A stretch of DNA of 64,000 nt from an uncultured Hormoscilla sp. (GCA_963921275.4 OZ001293.3:6048001-6112000), one strand, 5' to 3'. Counted from the first letter of the stretch, positions 41,971 to 53,412 are shown. Numbers and translations are program-made. The notes: generated from the letters alone by a model not told the origin.

Positions 41971-43764
41971 TTATAACATCACGGGCATCCGTTGGAGAAC
42001 ACCCAGACCTAATTCTTGTTCCGATAGCGATCGCACCTCAAACAAAGCTAGCATATCTTTCAACTGAGGATTTCCCTTAGAAGCCCCCTTCATCCCCATG
42101 GCAATAATCAAACCGCAGCAACCCTTAGTTTTTTTACAGCGATCGTCCCATTTTTGTCTAGCTGCAGTATGAACCGAACTGAACTCAAACTCTTCAAACA
42201 AGTATAAATCCCCATCACCCGTTTGAAATATCCCCAAATCGAAGCTCTTGTCACTGTAGGGGTCTTCTCCTGGGTTAAAGCCAATTCCTTCCAGACCTTC
42301 AGCCGTTTGCAAATTCTGAATCAAAGCCTTTGCCTTCGGCTTAGAGGTTTGAACGATCACCACTGGCAGACCATCTCCAACTGTGGGAATCTGCTTTCGT
42401 GCCGCCTGATAGAAGTAAGCAGTTTTTCTTAATTGTTCTATACCCTCCCATGATACTACACATATACTACTTAGATAATTATCTGGGATCAGATCTTCCC
42501 GCAATAGGGGCATTTGCAGATCCCACTCATCGGAATCTTCATCGCAATCTTCATCGGAATCAGCTTCCATTACTGAAGAAACCATTTCAAACAGTTCCGC
42601 TGCTATATCCGGCAGAGTGGCAACCTTCACCTGAACTTTTTCTGCCGCCTCTTCGGCATCCGTTTGCGGTGTCTCTTCTTTTGTGCGCTTAGCGCTCCCA
42701 GGAGACACCGGAGGCAGGGTAATATTATATCGATTATTCAGGGCTGGAAACTGCTCGACCGTAATTTTTTTGCGCGAGGACTTAATAAAGCGACCTAGAG
42801 CTTCCAGCGCCACATACATGACCAGAGCCTCTTCTTCGTAGATAATTGACCGCAACCCCTCTAGTGGGTGTAAAGTCCCAAAATTCGGATCTATTTCTGA
42901 GAAGGGCAAGCTACCCAAATCCCAAGAAGACTCGTCGGAGTCAGCTAGTTCCGACTCATCGGAGAGTTCAAAAGTCAAGAACAGGCAATCTTGCTTGAGG
43001 AAGGCTTCTTCCAGCTTTTCGAGCGAGTCATGGGCCCATACCGCTGCCCGAAACTGCTTGAGAGAATCCAAGGACCGATATAGCAAAATGCCATATTCTT
43101 CACCCAGCATCCCCATCACTGAGACATAAAGGGTGCTCACATCCCAGCGGTTGAGTTCGATCGATAATACTTGGTACTCAGCCAAGATGTCCCAAGGACT
43201 CGCCTGCCAAATGTTACGTGCTTTGGAGAGCAACCCTTGAGCATACTGCGGCGGCAGTTGAGGAGGTCTGGTGATGAACTCCGATTGTAACTCTCGGAAC
43301 AGCCGATCGATCAGGGGCAGATTTGGCACATAGTCAATGGCAATGTCGAGGTCTTGGAGGACCCCTCGCAGGTAGAACTGGATTTCTCGATCGCGGACTA
43401 CTATTTTTTGGGGTAGGGCTGGTTTGGCCGGGCCCTGGGGATACTCGATCGCCCTGAGCAATGTCCGTACCACCACTTCTAGCCCTATCTCCGGTGCTAC
43501 CATATCCATTGACCGGACAATGCCTTCCGAGCCATCCACCCAAATAATGCATTCCCCTTGCGCCTCTGAGGGGACTTCTAGTTCATTGCCCTGTTCATCG
43601 ACAACCGGCAGACCAGCTGATATGGTGCGTCGATCGCCCTCCCAGACGCTGGTGATTTGTGGGAGTTTTTGCAGGCGACGGCATGTAGAGCGATTCAGAG
43701 TAGTCATAGACTCAGATTTATTGGGTACAAACGGGGGAGAAGCCAGCTGTGAGGTCAACCGCAT
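41971..43764 (-). CDS. Conserved cyanobacterial hypothetical protein (likely start MTTLNRST)
   Basis: 597-aa ORF; VWEGDRR, SVMGMLGEEYG motifs. Confidence 0.8.
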   Translation of the reverse strand: MRLTSQLASPPFVPNKSESMTTLNRSTCRRLQKLPQITSVWEGDRRTISAGLPVVDEQGNELEVPSEAQGECIIWVDGSEGIVRSMDMVAPEIGLEVVVRTLLRAIEYPQGPAKPALPQKIVVRDREIQFYLRGVLQDLDIAIDYVPNLPLIDRLFRELQSEFITRPPQLPPQYAQGLLSKARNIWQASPWDILAEYQVLSIELNRWDVSTLYVSVMGMLGEEYGILLYRSLDSLKQFRAAVWAHDSLEKLEEAFLKQDCLFLTFELSDESELADSDESSWDLGSLPFSEIDPNFGTLHPLEGLRSIIYEEEALVMYVALEALGRFIKSSRKKITVEQFPALNNRYNITLPPVSPGSAKRTKEETPQTDAEEAAEKVQVKVATLPDIAAELFEMVSSVMEADSDEDCDEDSDEWDLQMPLLREDLIPDNYLSSICVVSWEGIEQLRKTAYFYQAARKQIPTVGDGLPVVIVQTSKPKAKALIQNLQTAEGLEGIGFNPGEDPYSDKSFDLGIFQTGDGDLYLFEEFEFSSVHTAARQKWDDRCKKTKGCCGLIIAMGMKGASKGNPQLKDMLALFEVRSLSEQELGLGVLQRMPVML

Positions 43765-43780
43765 ATTTTAATCTTAATCT

Positions 43781-46183
43781 ATTAAACTAAGCAAGGATGT
43801 CACCATCCCTGCTCGTCTTCAGAACCGGACTTGACACTTTCACGTCATCCGGCTCCTCAGTAACGCCACCTTTATCATAGGTACGGCTTTGTTTACTACC
43901 ATCGCTGGCAGTCTTTATATCGTGGCAATGTCTGTGTAGTAACTGTAGGTTGTCGTACCGGTCCTTACCCCCTAATGAGAGAGGCTTGACGTGGTCAACT
44001 TCCCACTTGTCACAGTCCATAAACGTTAGTCCGCAGTGTTGGCATTTCCCTTTTTGTCTCTTGAGTAGTGTTGCTACCCTCTTACTCAGCTCGGGGCTTT
44101 TGCCTAACCTCGTACTCCAGTATGTAAGGTTCCCGTCGTATGGGCTTACTGTACCTTTCACTTTTATGTGTCTGATTATCTCAGTTTCGGAGTGTTTACA
44201 CAGCGTTATTTCATCCTCTCCTACCTTGCACCGGAATCGCCATTTACCATCCTTATTTAGAGACCAGTATTTGCGGGCAATCCAATGACTTGATTTTTTG
44301 GGATGTCTTCTTTTTGCCCACTGCCATAGGATGTTCCATAGGTAGTTATCCATGCTTGCGTAAGTCTCCGAACTCACCGCCGCCCTGTAGTAGTTTGACC
44401 ATCCCCGTATTATCTGGTTTAGTCTGCTTATCAAGGCTGCTTGAGATGCTGCTTTATGGCTGGCCACCATTTCTGATAGCCGTTCTTTATACTTCCCTAT
44501 GGATTTATTACTGGGTTTGATTAGGGTTTTGAATCCTAGGGGTATTCCGTGCGTTGATTTGCCGGTTCTGTATTTACTCACCTCATATTGCCTTATGTTG
44601 AATCCCAGGAAATCGAATCCCGGATTTTTTCCTTTTAGCGTATGAGTTATTTTTGTCTTTTCGGCTTTCAACTCTAGCCCCATTCCTTTTAGCCACTCCG
44701 CCACCGCTGTCTGCGCTCTGCCTATCATCTCCTTGTCTTCGTGCATTATCACAAAGTCATCGGCATACCTGACTACTGTCAGCGTCTGCTTTTCCTTTTG
44801 TGTCCTGGCGAGTTTCTTCACTGCCTCCTCTAACCGGTGTAGGGCTATGTTGGCCAGCAGTGGTGATATGACTCCCCCCTGGGGTGTCCCCGCCTCGGTT
44901 GCATGCCATTCCCCTTTGTCCATCACCCCGGCTTTTAACCATGCCCGTATTTGCTTACGGATTGGTGATGTTGTATTCAGTTTTTCCAGTAGCGCTCTGT
45001 GGTTTATCTTGTCAAAGCATTTTGCAATATCGGCATCCAAGACCCACTTGGGTTTGTACCTGATGCTTAGGAATATTGCTTCAATTGCATCGTGGCATCC
45101 CCTACCCGGTCTGAACCCATAAGAGTTCCCTTCCATATGCGCCTCCCATTCCGGTTCGAGCGCAATCTTGAGGAGCCCCTGTGTCGCACGGTCGTACATC
45201 GTTGGTATTCCTAAAGGACGCTTCTCCTCTCTCCCCGGCTTTGGTATCCATACACGACGTGTAGGTTTGGCCTTATTTGAGATTTCAATTTGTCTTACCA
45301 GTTCTGAGCGTTGCTTTGGGGTCAGTGCTTTTATACCGTCCACTCCCGCCGTCTTCTTTCCCTGGTTGTCTTGAGTTACCTGTCGTACCGCTAGACTTTT
45401 GGCAGCCCGGGATTTTACCAGTAACCTTTGGAGTCTGCGAACTGGTCGCTTATTACGCCTTCCATTGCCGCTCTGTAAATTCGCTTTTGCAACTTAAAGA
45501 CTACCCGCTCCAGCCGAGGCCAGGGGCTATCCTTCCATTCATTCATCGATTCGGAAACCCTGCTCATGACGTATGCATTGCTACTTACAACTTCACAATT
45601 GACGTTACCGTGAGGGCGTCAGCATATCCCATCCATTGCAGATAGGCGTTGGCTTCTCCTCGAAATCTTTCCCAGATACAACCTGCCAAATGAAAGCAGA
45701 TGTTGCGCCTGTGGTGGCTACTCAACCTATCGACCGGTAGTTGAGAGTATGTATCTGGTTTACTTCGTTCCTCTAGATGATTGGTCGTAGTTTTAGATGG
45801 ACTCTATATGCCGGGTTTGTTGTCAGTGCTTATTGGTCGGGGACAAAACCGCCAATGACCTATATCCTTTCCCTTTTGGGCCAGCGTATTAGCCTTATTC
45901 CGCTGGTTTGGGTTGACGACACTTATGAGCCTTCGCTTTCGTTCATCATGACTACTTGCTTGACGGTGACCGGTTTTGGCTACCAGTCAGGGCGCCTTTC
46001 TCTCCCGCTTTACGGATTGATGCCATCGCTACCGTCGGGTGAGTGCTGTCACTCCTGCACCTAGAGGGGTGGGCTTTCACCACCATCATCTAGAAGTTAT
46101 CAGGGCTAATGGAACCCTGCCAGTGGTCCCTCGCCGGTGTTCCTCTATTGGTTCACCGGTGATTTACACTGAACGAATCGCAC
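43781..46183 (-). mobile_element. Full-size group II intron (IIB/CL-like, 2403 nt), intergenic
   Basis: 5' GTGCGATTCGTTC at 46183; DV GAGCCGGATGACGTGAAAGTGTCAAGTCCGGTT; 3' end TTAGTTTAAT; EBS1 TTGTCC pairs with exon GGATAA. Confidence 0.95.
43787..45567 (-). pseudogene. ltrA: Group II intron RT/maturase/HNH protein with a frameshift in RT0 near 45455
   Basis: ATG 45567 MSRVSESMNEWKDSPWPRLERVVFKLQKRIYRA shifts into RRLQRLL...DNQGKKTAGVDG; PQGG, YADD and HNH motifs intact. Confidence 0.9.
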
Positions 46184-46316
46184 TTATCCAGACCCACCAT
46201 AACAAAATCATACTCTCTGCTGCCACCATCAGCAGTTAATTCCCGAGCCGCCACAACCGGAGTTCCTCGATAGAATAGACAGAAGGATTTATACTGCGTT
46301 AGGAGTACGGCCAACG

Positions 46317-47572
46317 ATGACACAAGCAACTCAAGCTCAACAACGAGGCATCCTGATGACGGCAGCTGCCAAAGAGCATATGCTCGGACTACGGGAAAAA
46401 CAAGGGAAAGACCTCTGTCTGCGGGTTGGAGTCCGCCAGGGGGGTTGTTCGGGATTGTCCTATATGATGGATTTTGAAGACCCCAGCCAGATATCAGAGT
46501 CCGATAAGGTCTATGATTATGATGGCTTCGTGCGATTCGTTCCGGTATAAGCCAGTATGGTGAAAATCGGGTCTGGTTCCATTAGCCAGATAACTCTGGT
46601 AATCATGGGGGTTAAATTCCCCTCCCCCAGGTGCGGGGGTGACACCGGTCCTCGGTGCTGCGGAGCCACATCACCGTGGTGCTAAGCGAGGACTCAAATG
46701 AGGATAGCTGGCAGCCTAAGCTGGCAACTCCACTAGGAAAGAGGCTCATGGTCAGAACAAACAAATCTCCGTAAGTATCGTTACATAGAACCAGCGAAAA
46801 GGCTGATTGCGCTGGCCCAAAAGGGAAAGCAGTTCGCGTATCAATGCTGTGGCCTCATTGATATCGTACCCGCTCAGGACTGCCGGTATAGAGGAGAGAC
46901 CTAAAAGCCTCGCGAAATGATACCAGGGAACGAAGTAACCCCTCGTGTGCTGTCCAATAGGACCAGTCAGATGTGAAGCGCAAGCCACGAGCGGGAAAGA
47001 TGGCCCGAGAAGCTAATGCCTGGGCGGTGTCTTCCGCATGCTCTTGTCCTGAAGGACAAGAGCATGCGGAAGACGCCGGGTAATGCTCATGGATATGCTG
47101 ACGCGGGTCGGTGATATCAGGAAACTACTGGTATAAGTAACCTCAAAACGTCATAAACCCGTCCGCAACGTATAGCGCAAGCGAGTTGAGGATTGAGGGA
47201 TGTATAACTGGTAAAACGGACACGCAAATGGTGATCCTAAAGGTTTTTTAAAGCCACTCACCAACCAGGAAAGGGGCTAAATTGCAAGTAGTAAGGGCCA
47301 ACGGCGAGTAATCCCTAGTAAGCCTACCCATGTCAAGGGCCTGGTACCCAGTAGCCGGATGCGATGAAAGTCGCACGTCCGGTTCCGAACGGGAGGGTTG
47401 GGAAGCGATTCTCAGCTCGACCCCTAATCAGGTCGTCTGCGACCCCAAGAGCCTCCTCTATCTCTATGGCTTGCAGCTGGACTACAGCGATGCCCTCATT
47501 GGCGGTGGCTTCCAATTCACTAACCCCAATGCTACCCAGTCCTGCGGTTGCGGCAAGTCCTTTTCTGCCTAA
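46317..47572 (+). CDS. iscA: Fe-S cluster assembly A-type carrier, join(46317..46529,47429..47572), 118 aa after splicing
   Basis: Exon1 ...GGCSGLSY...YDYDGF + exon2 [14 protein letters not shown]...[16 protein letters not shown] join in frame and restore all three conserved Cys. Confidence 0.95.
46530..47428 (+). ncRNA. ORF-less group II intron B (899 nt) in iscA
   Basis: GTGCG...CCCCTAAT; intact DV AGCCGGATGCGATGAAAGTCGCACGTCCGGTT; J2/3 AGA matches the terminal U; EBS1 GTGGCC vs IBS1 GGCTTC. Confidence 0.95.
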
Positions 47573-47623
47573 TGGTGATTTGTGACTAGAACGGAAGTAG
47601 GGTGGGCATCGCCCACCTTGCTG

Positions 47624-47754
47624 CTAAGCTGTCGCGCATCGCTCACTGCATATTTGGCTATCGGATTAAATCGTGGCAACCCTCGACCCCTAAGCGTTTC
47701 AGCAACCCAGCCTGCCCCATTTGGGACTATGCAATTTAAATGCATCACAGCTTA
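47624..47754. mobile_element. MITE with TAAGCTGT...GCAT inverted ends
   Basis: TAAGCTGTCGCGCAT / ATGCATCACAGCTTA. Confidence 0.55.
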
Positions 47755-47816
47755 CCGGTACTGTCTGGACTGGATAATTTTTGATTGACTAAAAGGCAAA
47801 TATAAGGTATATTGAC

Positions 47817-48239
47817 ATGTCTAAGGCAGCAGAAACCCTGTTTAATGAGGGAGTCGAACGATATCAAGCCGGTGAAGTGGCGGAGACCCTGATTCCGGTG
47901 TTCAAGGAGATTTGCGATCGCTCTCCGAAAAACAGCGCCGCTTGGACAAGTCTAGCATGGCTGTATCTGTTGGAGTCCAAACCAAAATCGGCGTACAAAG
48001 CCGCACTCAAAGCGGTGAAACTCAATCCCGACGATCCTCAGGCACGAGTTAATTTGGCCGCTGCGATGCTAGAAACTAACCGCAAGGGCGTCCGAGAACA
48101 TGTCGATCGGGCCCAGTCCTTGATCGTGGGTTTTGCCGAATTGCGGGAGGAAGTTAAAGCCAATTTTGCAGACGGATTAAGCAGAAAGCCCGATTGGCAG
48201 CACTTAAAGCAGATCGAAAAGTGGCTGTTTGAGCTTTAA
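47817..48239 (+). CDS. TPR-repeat protein
   Basis: AWTSLAWLYL, AVKLNPDDPQARVNLA. Confidence 0.85.
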   Translation: MSKAAETLFNEGVERYQAGEVAETLIPVFKEICDRSPKNSAAWTSLAWLYLLESKPKSAYKAALKAVKLNPDDPQARVNLAAAMLETNRKGVREHVDRAQSLIVGFAELREEVKANFADGLSRKPDWQHLKQIEKWLFEL

Positions 48240-48329
48240 TTAGCCCACAGCTGACCTATCGAGTGGAATTATACCACAAGTTCTGCGATAACTAAGCGCT
48301 TTTCTTACCTGAGCAGATAGAGGCAATCA

Positions 48330-48578
48330 ATGAAAGAGCGACTGATCGATTGGCTGAATTTGGCTTTAACAGCGAATATATTTTTGGTTTTATGCAGTTT
48401 CGCCTGGTTAATACTGGCTGTTTTGGGCAAGGCTACGGGTATTCCCCTGGGTTGGGACGTCTGGTATCAACTATGGGAACCGGTGTTCACCCCGGCCATT
48501 GGCATCTTGGTGGCCGGTGCCATTATTAGTGGTATAGCTAGTTGGGTGGCTAAGCGCCTGAATTCAGATTCGACCTGA
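48330..48578 (+). CDS. Small two-TM cyanobacterial membrane protein
   Basis: WYQLWEPVFTPAIGIL; hydrophobic pattern; RBS. Confidence 0.8.
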   Translation: MKERLIDWLNLALTANIFLVLCSFAWLILAVLGKATGIPLGWDVWYQLWEPVFTPAIGILVAGAIISGIASWVAKRLNSDST

Positions 48579-48595
48579 TTATATCGTAGATGCTC

Positions 48596-51500
48596 TTAGC
48601 CATCAGCTTCAGCCGCCAAAGCATTATCAATACAAGTCTTTAACCTGTCTGCCAACACCCGCACATGAGGTTCGGCCAGCATACTAAAGTGGTCGCCGGG
48701 AACTCTGATGAGCTCGATAACGTGTTTTTCCCAACCCATTGCTGGGCTGCCTCAAATAAATCGGCAATGTTACTTCCCGGACACGACCTAACAGTTCTCG
48801 AACAGTAGGATTACCATTCAGGTTAGTCCGCAGCACTACGGTGTTGATGAAAAATCCAATCAGTTGCTCGATTTCCGGTCGATTGCGACCTGCTACCGGA
48901 GTGCCCAGGACGATATCTTTACTCCCAGCGAGACAGCAACAGCTTGAATGCTGCTAGTAAGGTCATAAAGACTGTGACTCCTTCTTGTTGGCTTAATGCT
49001 TTGATAGATTGACTTAAGGTTTGAGAAAGGAGCAGAGATTGCTTTTGACCTGTAAAGGTTTGGACTGACGGGCGAGGTCTGTCTGTGGGTAGTTCCAGTA
49101 AAGGTGGCGCACTTGCTAATTGTTGTTTCCAATAGTTGAGTTAGGTTTCCTTGAGGTTTCCCTGGAACCACTCTCGCGGCCACAGTGCATAGTCCGCATA
49201 TTGAATTAGCAAGTCGGCGTCGGGGGACTTTTGGCCACTGCTTCTAGCTTCATACAGTGCCGATAATGAGTGCCATAATACCCCCATTGACCAACCATCG
49301 GAGATGATGTGATGCATGGTTAGCATCAACACATGGGATTGGCAATTCAGTTGTAGTAAGGTCACCCGCAGTAGAGGAACGAACTCTAAATCAAAAGGTT
49401 TTTGAGCCTCTTGTATGACTAGGCGCTGGACTTCCGCCTCCCGTTGAGCCTCTGGCAACTGTTGTAGGTCCATGAGGGATAGGGGAGTTGGCGTGGTCGA
49501 GGCAATTACCTGAATGGGAACCCCATTTTCGCTAGTGAACCTTGTCCGCAGAATTTCGTGACGGCTGATGATTTCCTCGAGGGCAAGTTCTAGAGACTCG
49601 ACCGATAACTTTCCTTCCAGTCGCCAAGCACTGGCTATATTGTATGTAGCGCTTTTTCCTTCAAGTCGATCGAGAAACCAGAGTCTTTCTTGGGCAAAGG
49701 AGAGGGCTAGTTTGACATCTGCTGTTCTGGGCGTGATGGTTGATGCTGGGACATTTCCGGCTGTTTGACGAGCTGTTTCTATGACTTGAGCGAGTTCCGC
49801 TACGGTGGGCGCTTCAAATAAATGGCGCAGGGGTAATTCTACTGAGAATACCTCCTGTATCCTGCAGATGACTTGAGTGGCTTTGAGGGAATGTCCTCCT
49901 AATTCAAAGAAGTTGTCATAGATGCCGATTTTTTTCCTGACGAGAACTTGACTCCAAATTGCAGCTAGCAGTTCTTCTGTGGGACTGCTGGGCGGGACAA
50001 ATGTGGTGTCACTGGCGGCTGAAATATCTGGTGCTGGCAACCCACGGCGATCGACTTTGCCATTGGGAGTTAGGGGCATTGCTTCCAAAAGAACGAAGGC
50101 GGAAGGCACCATATAGTCGGGGAGTTTGCTCTTGAGTAAGTCCCTCAAGTTGCTAATGGTGAGTTCAACCTTGCCAACGACATAAGCAACGAGACGTTTG
50201 TCGCCAGGTAGAGGCGAGAACCCGGGGAGTTGCTAAAGGGTTGGGAATGAATTTTTGTGCGGTTAGGTTTGGGCGGCCCTTATAGCCTCGGGCTAAACCA
50301 GCACCTCCGATATGCATTTCACCGGGAACGCCGATGGGTACTGATTGGAGATGGCTGTCTAGGATGTAAATTTGAGTATTGGCGATCGGACGACCAATGT
50401 GAGGCGACACAAAATCTCGATCGTCAGATATAACCAGTCCAGAAGTCGTCACCACGGTATTCTCAGTTGGCCCGTAGTTGTTAACCAACTTAAACGAAAT
50501 AAAATCGTCCGGAAAGCGAGAAAGTTTATCTCCACCTGTCAGCATAATTCGCAAAGCAATATTTGCTCGCCAATCCAGAGATAGCAACTTTTATGCTAGT
50601 GGTGTAGGGACAAAAGTAATTGTTATTTGCTTTAACAGGAGCCAATCGCGCAGCTTTTCTGGGTCGAGAATATTCTCAGCTTTCACCAGATAAATAGTGG
50701 CTCCGGCTGTTAGGTAAGGCCACAATTCCCATACGGCAGCATCAAAAGCTGTTCCGGCTATCTGAGTGGATCGGTCTGATGAAGCGATCGCAAAATTTAT
50801 TTGGTGCCATAAAACTAAGTTTATAAGTCCCGAGTTCCGAATTAAAACTCCTTTAGGTCTGCCCGTTGAACCCGATGTGTAAATTACAAAAGCTAAGTTG
50901 TTAGCTTTTGTTTTATTGACAGGGTTCTCTTGACCTTCTGAGGCAATAACATCCCAATCGGAATCCAACAAAATCACCTGGGCAATACTTGAGGGGAGTT
51001 CGGAAACCAACTTAGATTCTGTTAACAAAACTGGCACTTCCGAATCTGACAGCATATAATTCAAGCGCTCTGTCGGATAATTAGGGTCTAAAGGCACATA
51101 AGCACCACCGGCTTTGAGAATCCCCAAGAATCCCACCACCATATCAATGGAACGTTCTACACAAATCCTCACCAATACTTCCAGGCCTACTCCTAGAGAT
51201 TGTAAATAATGTGCAAGTTGATTCGCCCGACTATTTAACTGACGATAGGTCAATTGCTCATTTTCAAATACCACTGCCACCGCATCTGGTGTGCGCTCTA
51301 CTTGCTCTTCAAATAACTGATGTATGCACTTGGACTGAGGATAATCGGTCTGAGTATTATTCCACTCCACCAGCAGTTGGTAGCGTTCTTCTGGGGACAG
51401 TAAGTTTAAGCGAGCAATCGGTTGGGTTGGGTCGGTAGCAATGGCACTAGCAAAAATGGCAAACTGGCATTGCATTCTGGCAATGCTCTGCGAGTCAAAT

Positions 51501-52844
51501 ATTTTCGGATCGCAGACCCAGCAGCATTCTGTTCCCTCTTCCGGCAGGACAACGGTGAGGCAACTCTCAGACTCGCTCGAAATTTCATAATTGTCTAATT
51601 TCCTGACCCGTTCCACCACAACTGAGAATCTAGGCGTCTTTTTTAGTTCTGGTATCCGGGCAAAAATATCGCGTCCATAAGTCTTGTGCTGTCGGATTGT
51701 GTTGAGTTCATGCCCTAGGGTATTGAGCAGTTCTTCAAAGTTTTGTTCCGAGTCTATCTCGATGCGTAAATGGATTGAGGAGGCAAAAAAGCCCTCTACC
51801 CTCGCCCACTCTCGTTGCCGCTCATCTGCGTACCCGATATCGAAACGTTTCGTTGCGCCAATCCGAGACAAATAGCCCACAAAAGCCGCCAAGAGGAAGT
51901 CTGCTACGCTCCAACTTCTCTGACACCACTCCCAGAAAGTCAACAGTTCCTTGGATAAAGTCATCTGTCGGCTCTCGGATTCTCTGGGCTGACCGAACGC
52001 TCTAGCCAAAGCTGCATATGGCAACGAGACAGGTTCCAATGTCGTTAGCCTTTTGACCCAGAATGCTTCATGCTAGCAAATTTCGCGATCGCATTGAGAT
52101 AGATGCACTGCCAACTCTGGCGATCGGTCTGCTAAACGATATCCTTCATACAGCCCGGATGAAAGCATCGATCTCCTCGGCACGTCGGTTCCAGGAAATC
52201 ACGCATCCTGCCTCCGGTCTCTGATAGCGTCCGAAATAGCTGCGATCGTCCAGCTTTTGTTTTCGTGGCCAGACTCCACCGGAAGATAGCTCGTCAATTA
52301 ACTGCGTAAAGGAATCGATCGCCGCATCATAACATTTTACATTCAGAGTCAAGGCGGTTTCCTCGGGTGCGATGTCGAGTACAACCTGTTTGAGAATATC
52401 CCCTGTATCAACTCCCTCGTCCATCTGATGCCAAGTAATCCCATGACTTTTCTCCCCATACATCAATGTCCATGAAGTTGCATGGACTCCCGCATATTTC
52501 GGCAAAGGAGCATCGTGGTAATTTATGGCACCCAATCGCGGCAACTCTAAGACCTTTTTCTTTAAAATGTAGGAATTTACGATACTAAACAGAGAATCAA
52601 ACGGTTGCTGGCTTAAAAACTCGGTAATTTCCACCGATGGCCGATCCTGATTTCGGTAAGGTATCCCTCGTTCTTTTGTCCAGTCACCGATTAATGAATC
52701 TGAGGAGACCACACCGCCTATTTTATGACCGCGAGCTAAAATAATTTGGGCACATTGGATGGGTAAACTTCCCTAGCCAATAATAAAACAGCTAAAAATT
52801 TTCCCTCTCGGCTTTTCTGTCCTTTGATTCTCTGTTCGCTTCAT
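48596..52844 (-). pseudogene. Decayed NRPS: formyltransferase - C-like - A - T - C - (deletion) - TE tail
   Basis: INYHDAPLPKYAG and DEGVDTGD; YTSGSTGRPKG; FFELGGHSL; HHIISDGWS; PGDHFSML; several stops and frameshifts. Confidence 0.9.
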
Positions 52845-53212
52845 TAGCCCTTTTCTCCTTTGTTTGTTTCTGATAGGGGGACAACGCGGGTTAGAATGTA
52901 GATAGGCAAGCTCTATGGCACGCTGTCCTTAAAGGCTAGTTTTCCCACTCTTCCTACACCCTACACCCTACATCCTACACCCTAATTTCACCCTACACCC
53001 TCCTTGACTCAAAAAGGCAGTTCCTCTTGGACATTGAGAGATTATCTGGCGATTCTCTGCTGCCTTGAGTTTGCCTACTACTGTATTTATAGTATCAAGC
53101 AAACGACTGTAGGTTAGTTGAGACCGACCAGCAGCGACAATAGAGCTATGTCTTGGGGATTTTTCTTGGCCCTAGCCTCAAGCATATGGTATACTCCCAA
53201 AGGGATTGAATG

Positions 53213-53412
53213 TGTCCGGAGCGAGGGGGGAAATCCCTGACCGAAGCAGTCCGGAACACGTAGATGATCCCCCTCCGAAGCAATCTCCTACCCAGCGCCG
53301 TGGATATTGCTTCGGGGGGGTTAATCCTACGACACAATGCTTTCAATTCGACCCACCCTCGCTCCGGACATTACTGCCTTAAAAAGCGCAGTTTTTGACC
53401 GTTCGCAGTATA
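53213..53412. repeat. Second cloverleaf palindromic repeat with the shared flank
   Basis: TGTCCGGAGCGAGGG / CCCTCGCTCCGGACA outer stem; CGAAGCAAT / ATTGCTTCG inner stem. Confidence 0.75.

Noticed and set aside
43787..45343. Retron or defence-type RT
   Set aside because: It is embedded in a complete group II ribozyme with DV/DVI and has maturase and HNH domains
46317..46550. iscA as a truncated pseudogene (77-aa and 80-aa ORFs)
   Set aside because: The two pieces join exactly in frame once the intron is removed
47095..47351. Alternative fold with a giant DIII and a tiny DIV hairpin
   Set aside because: DIII closes at TGGCCC/GGGTCG, and the compensatory basal stem in introns B and C places the extra RNA in DIV
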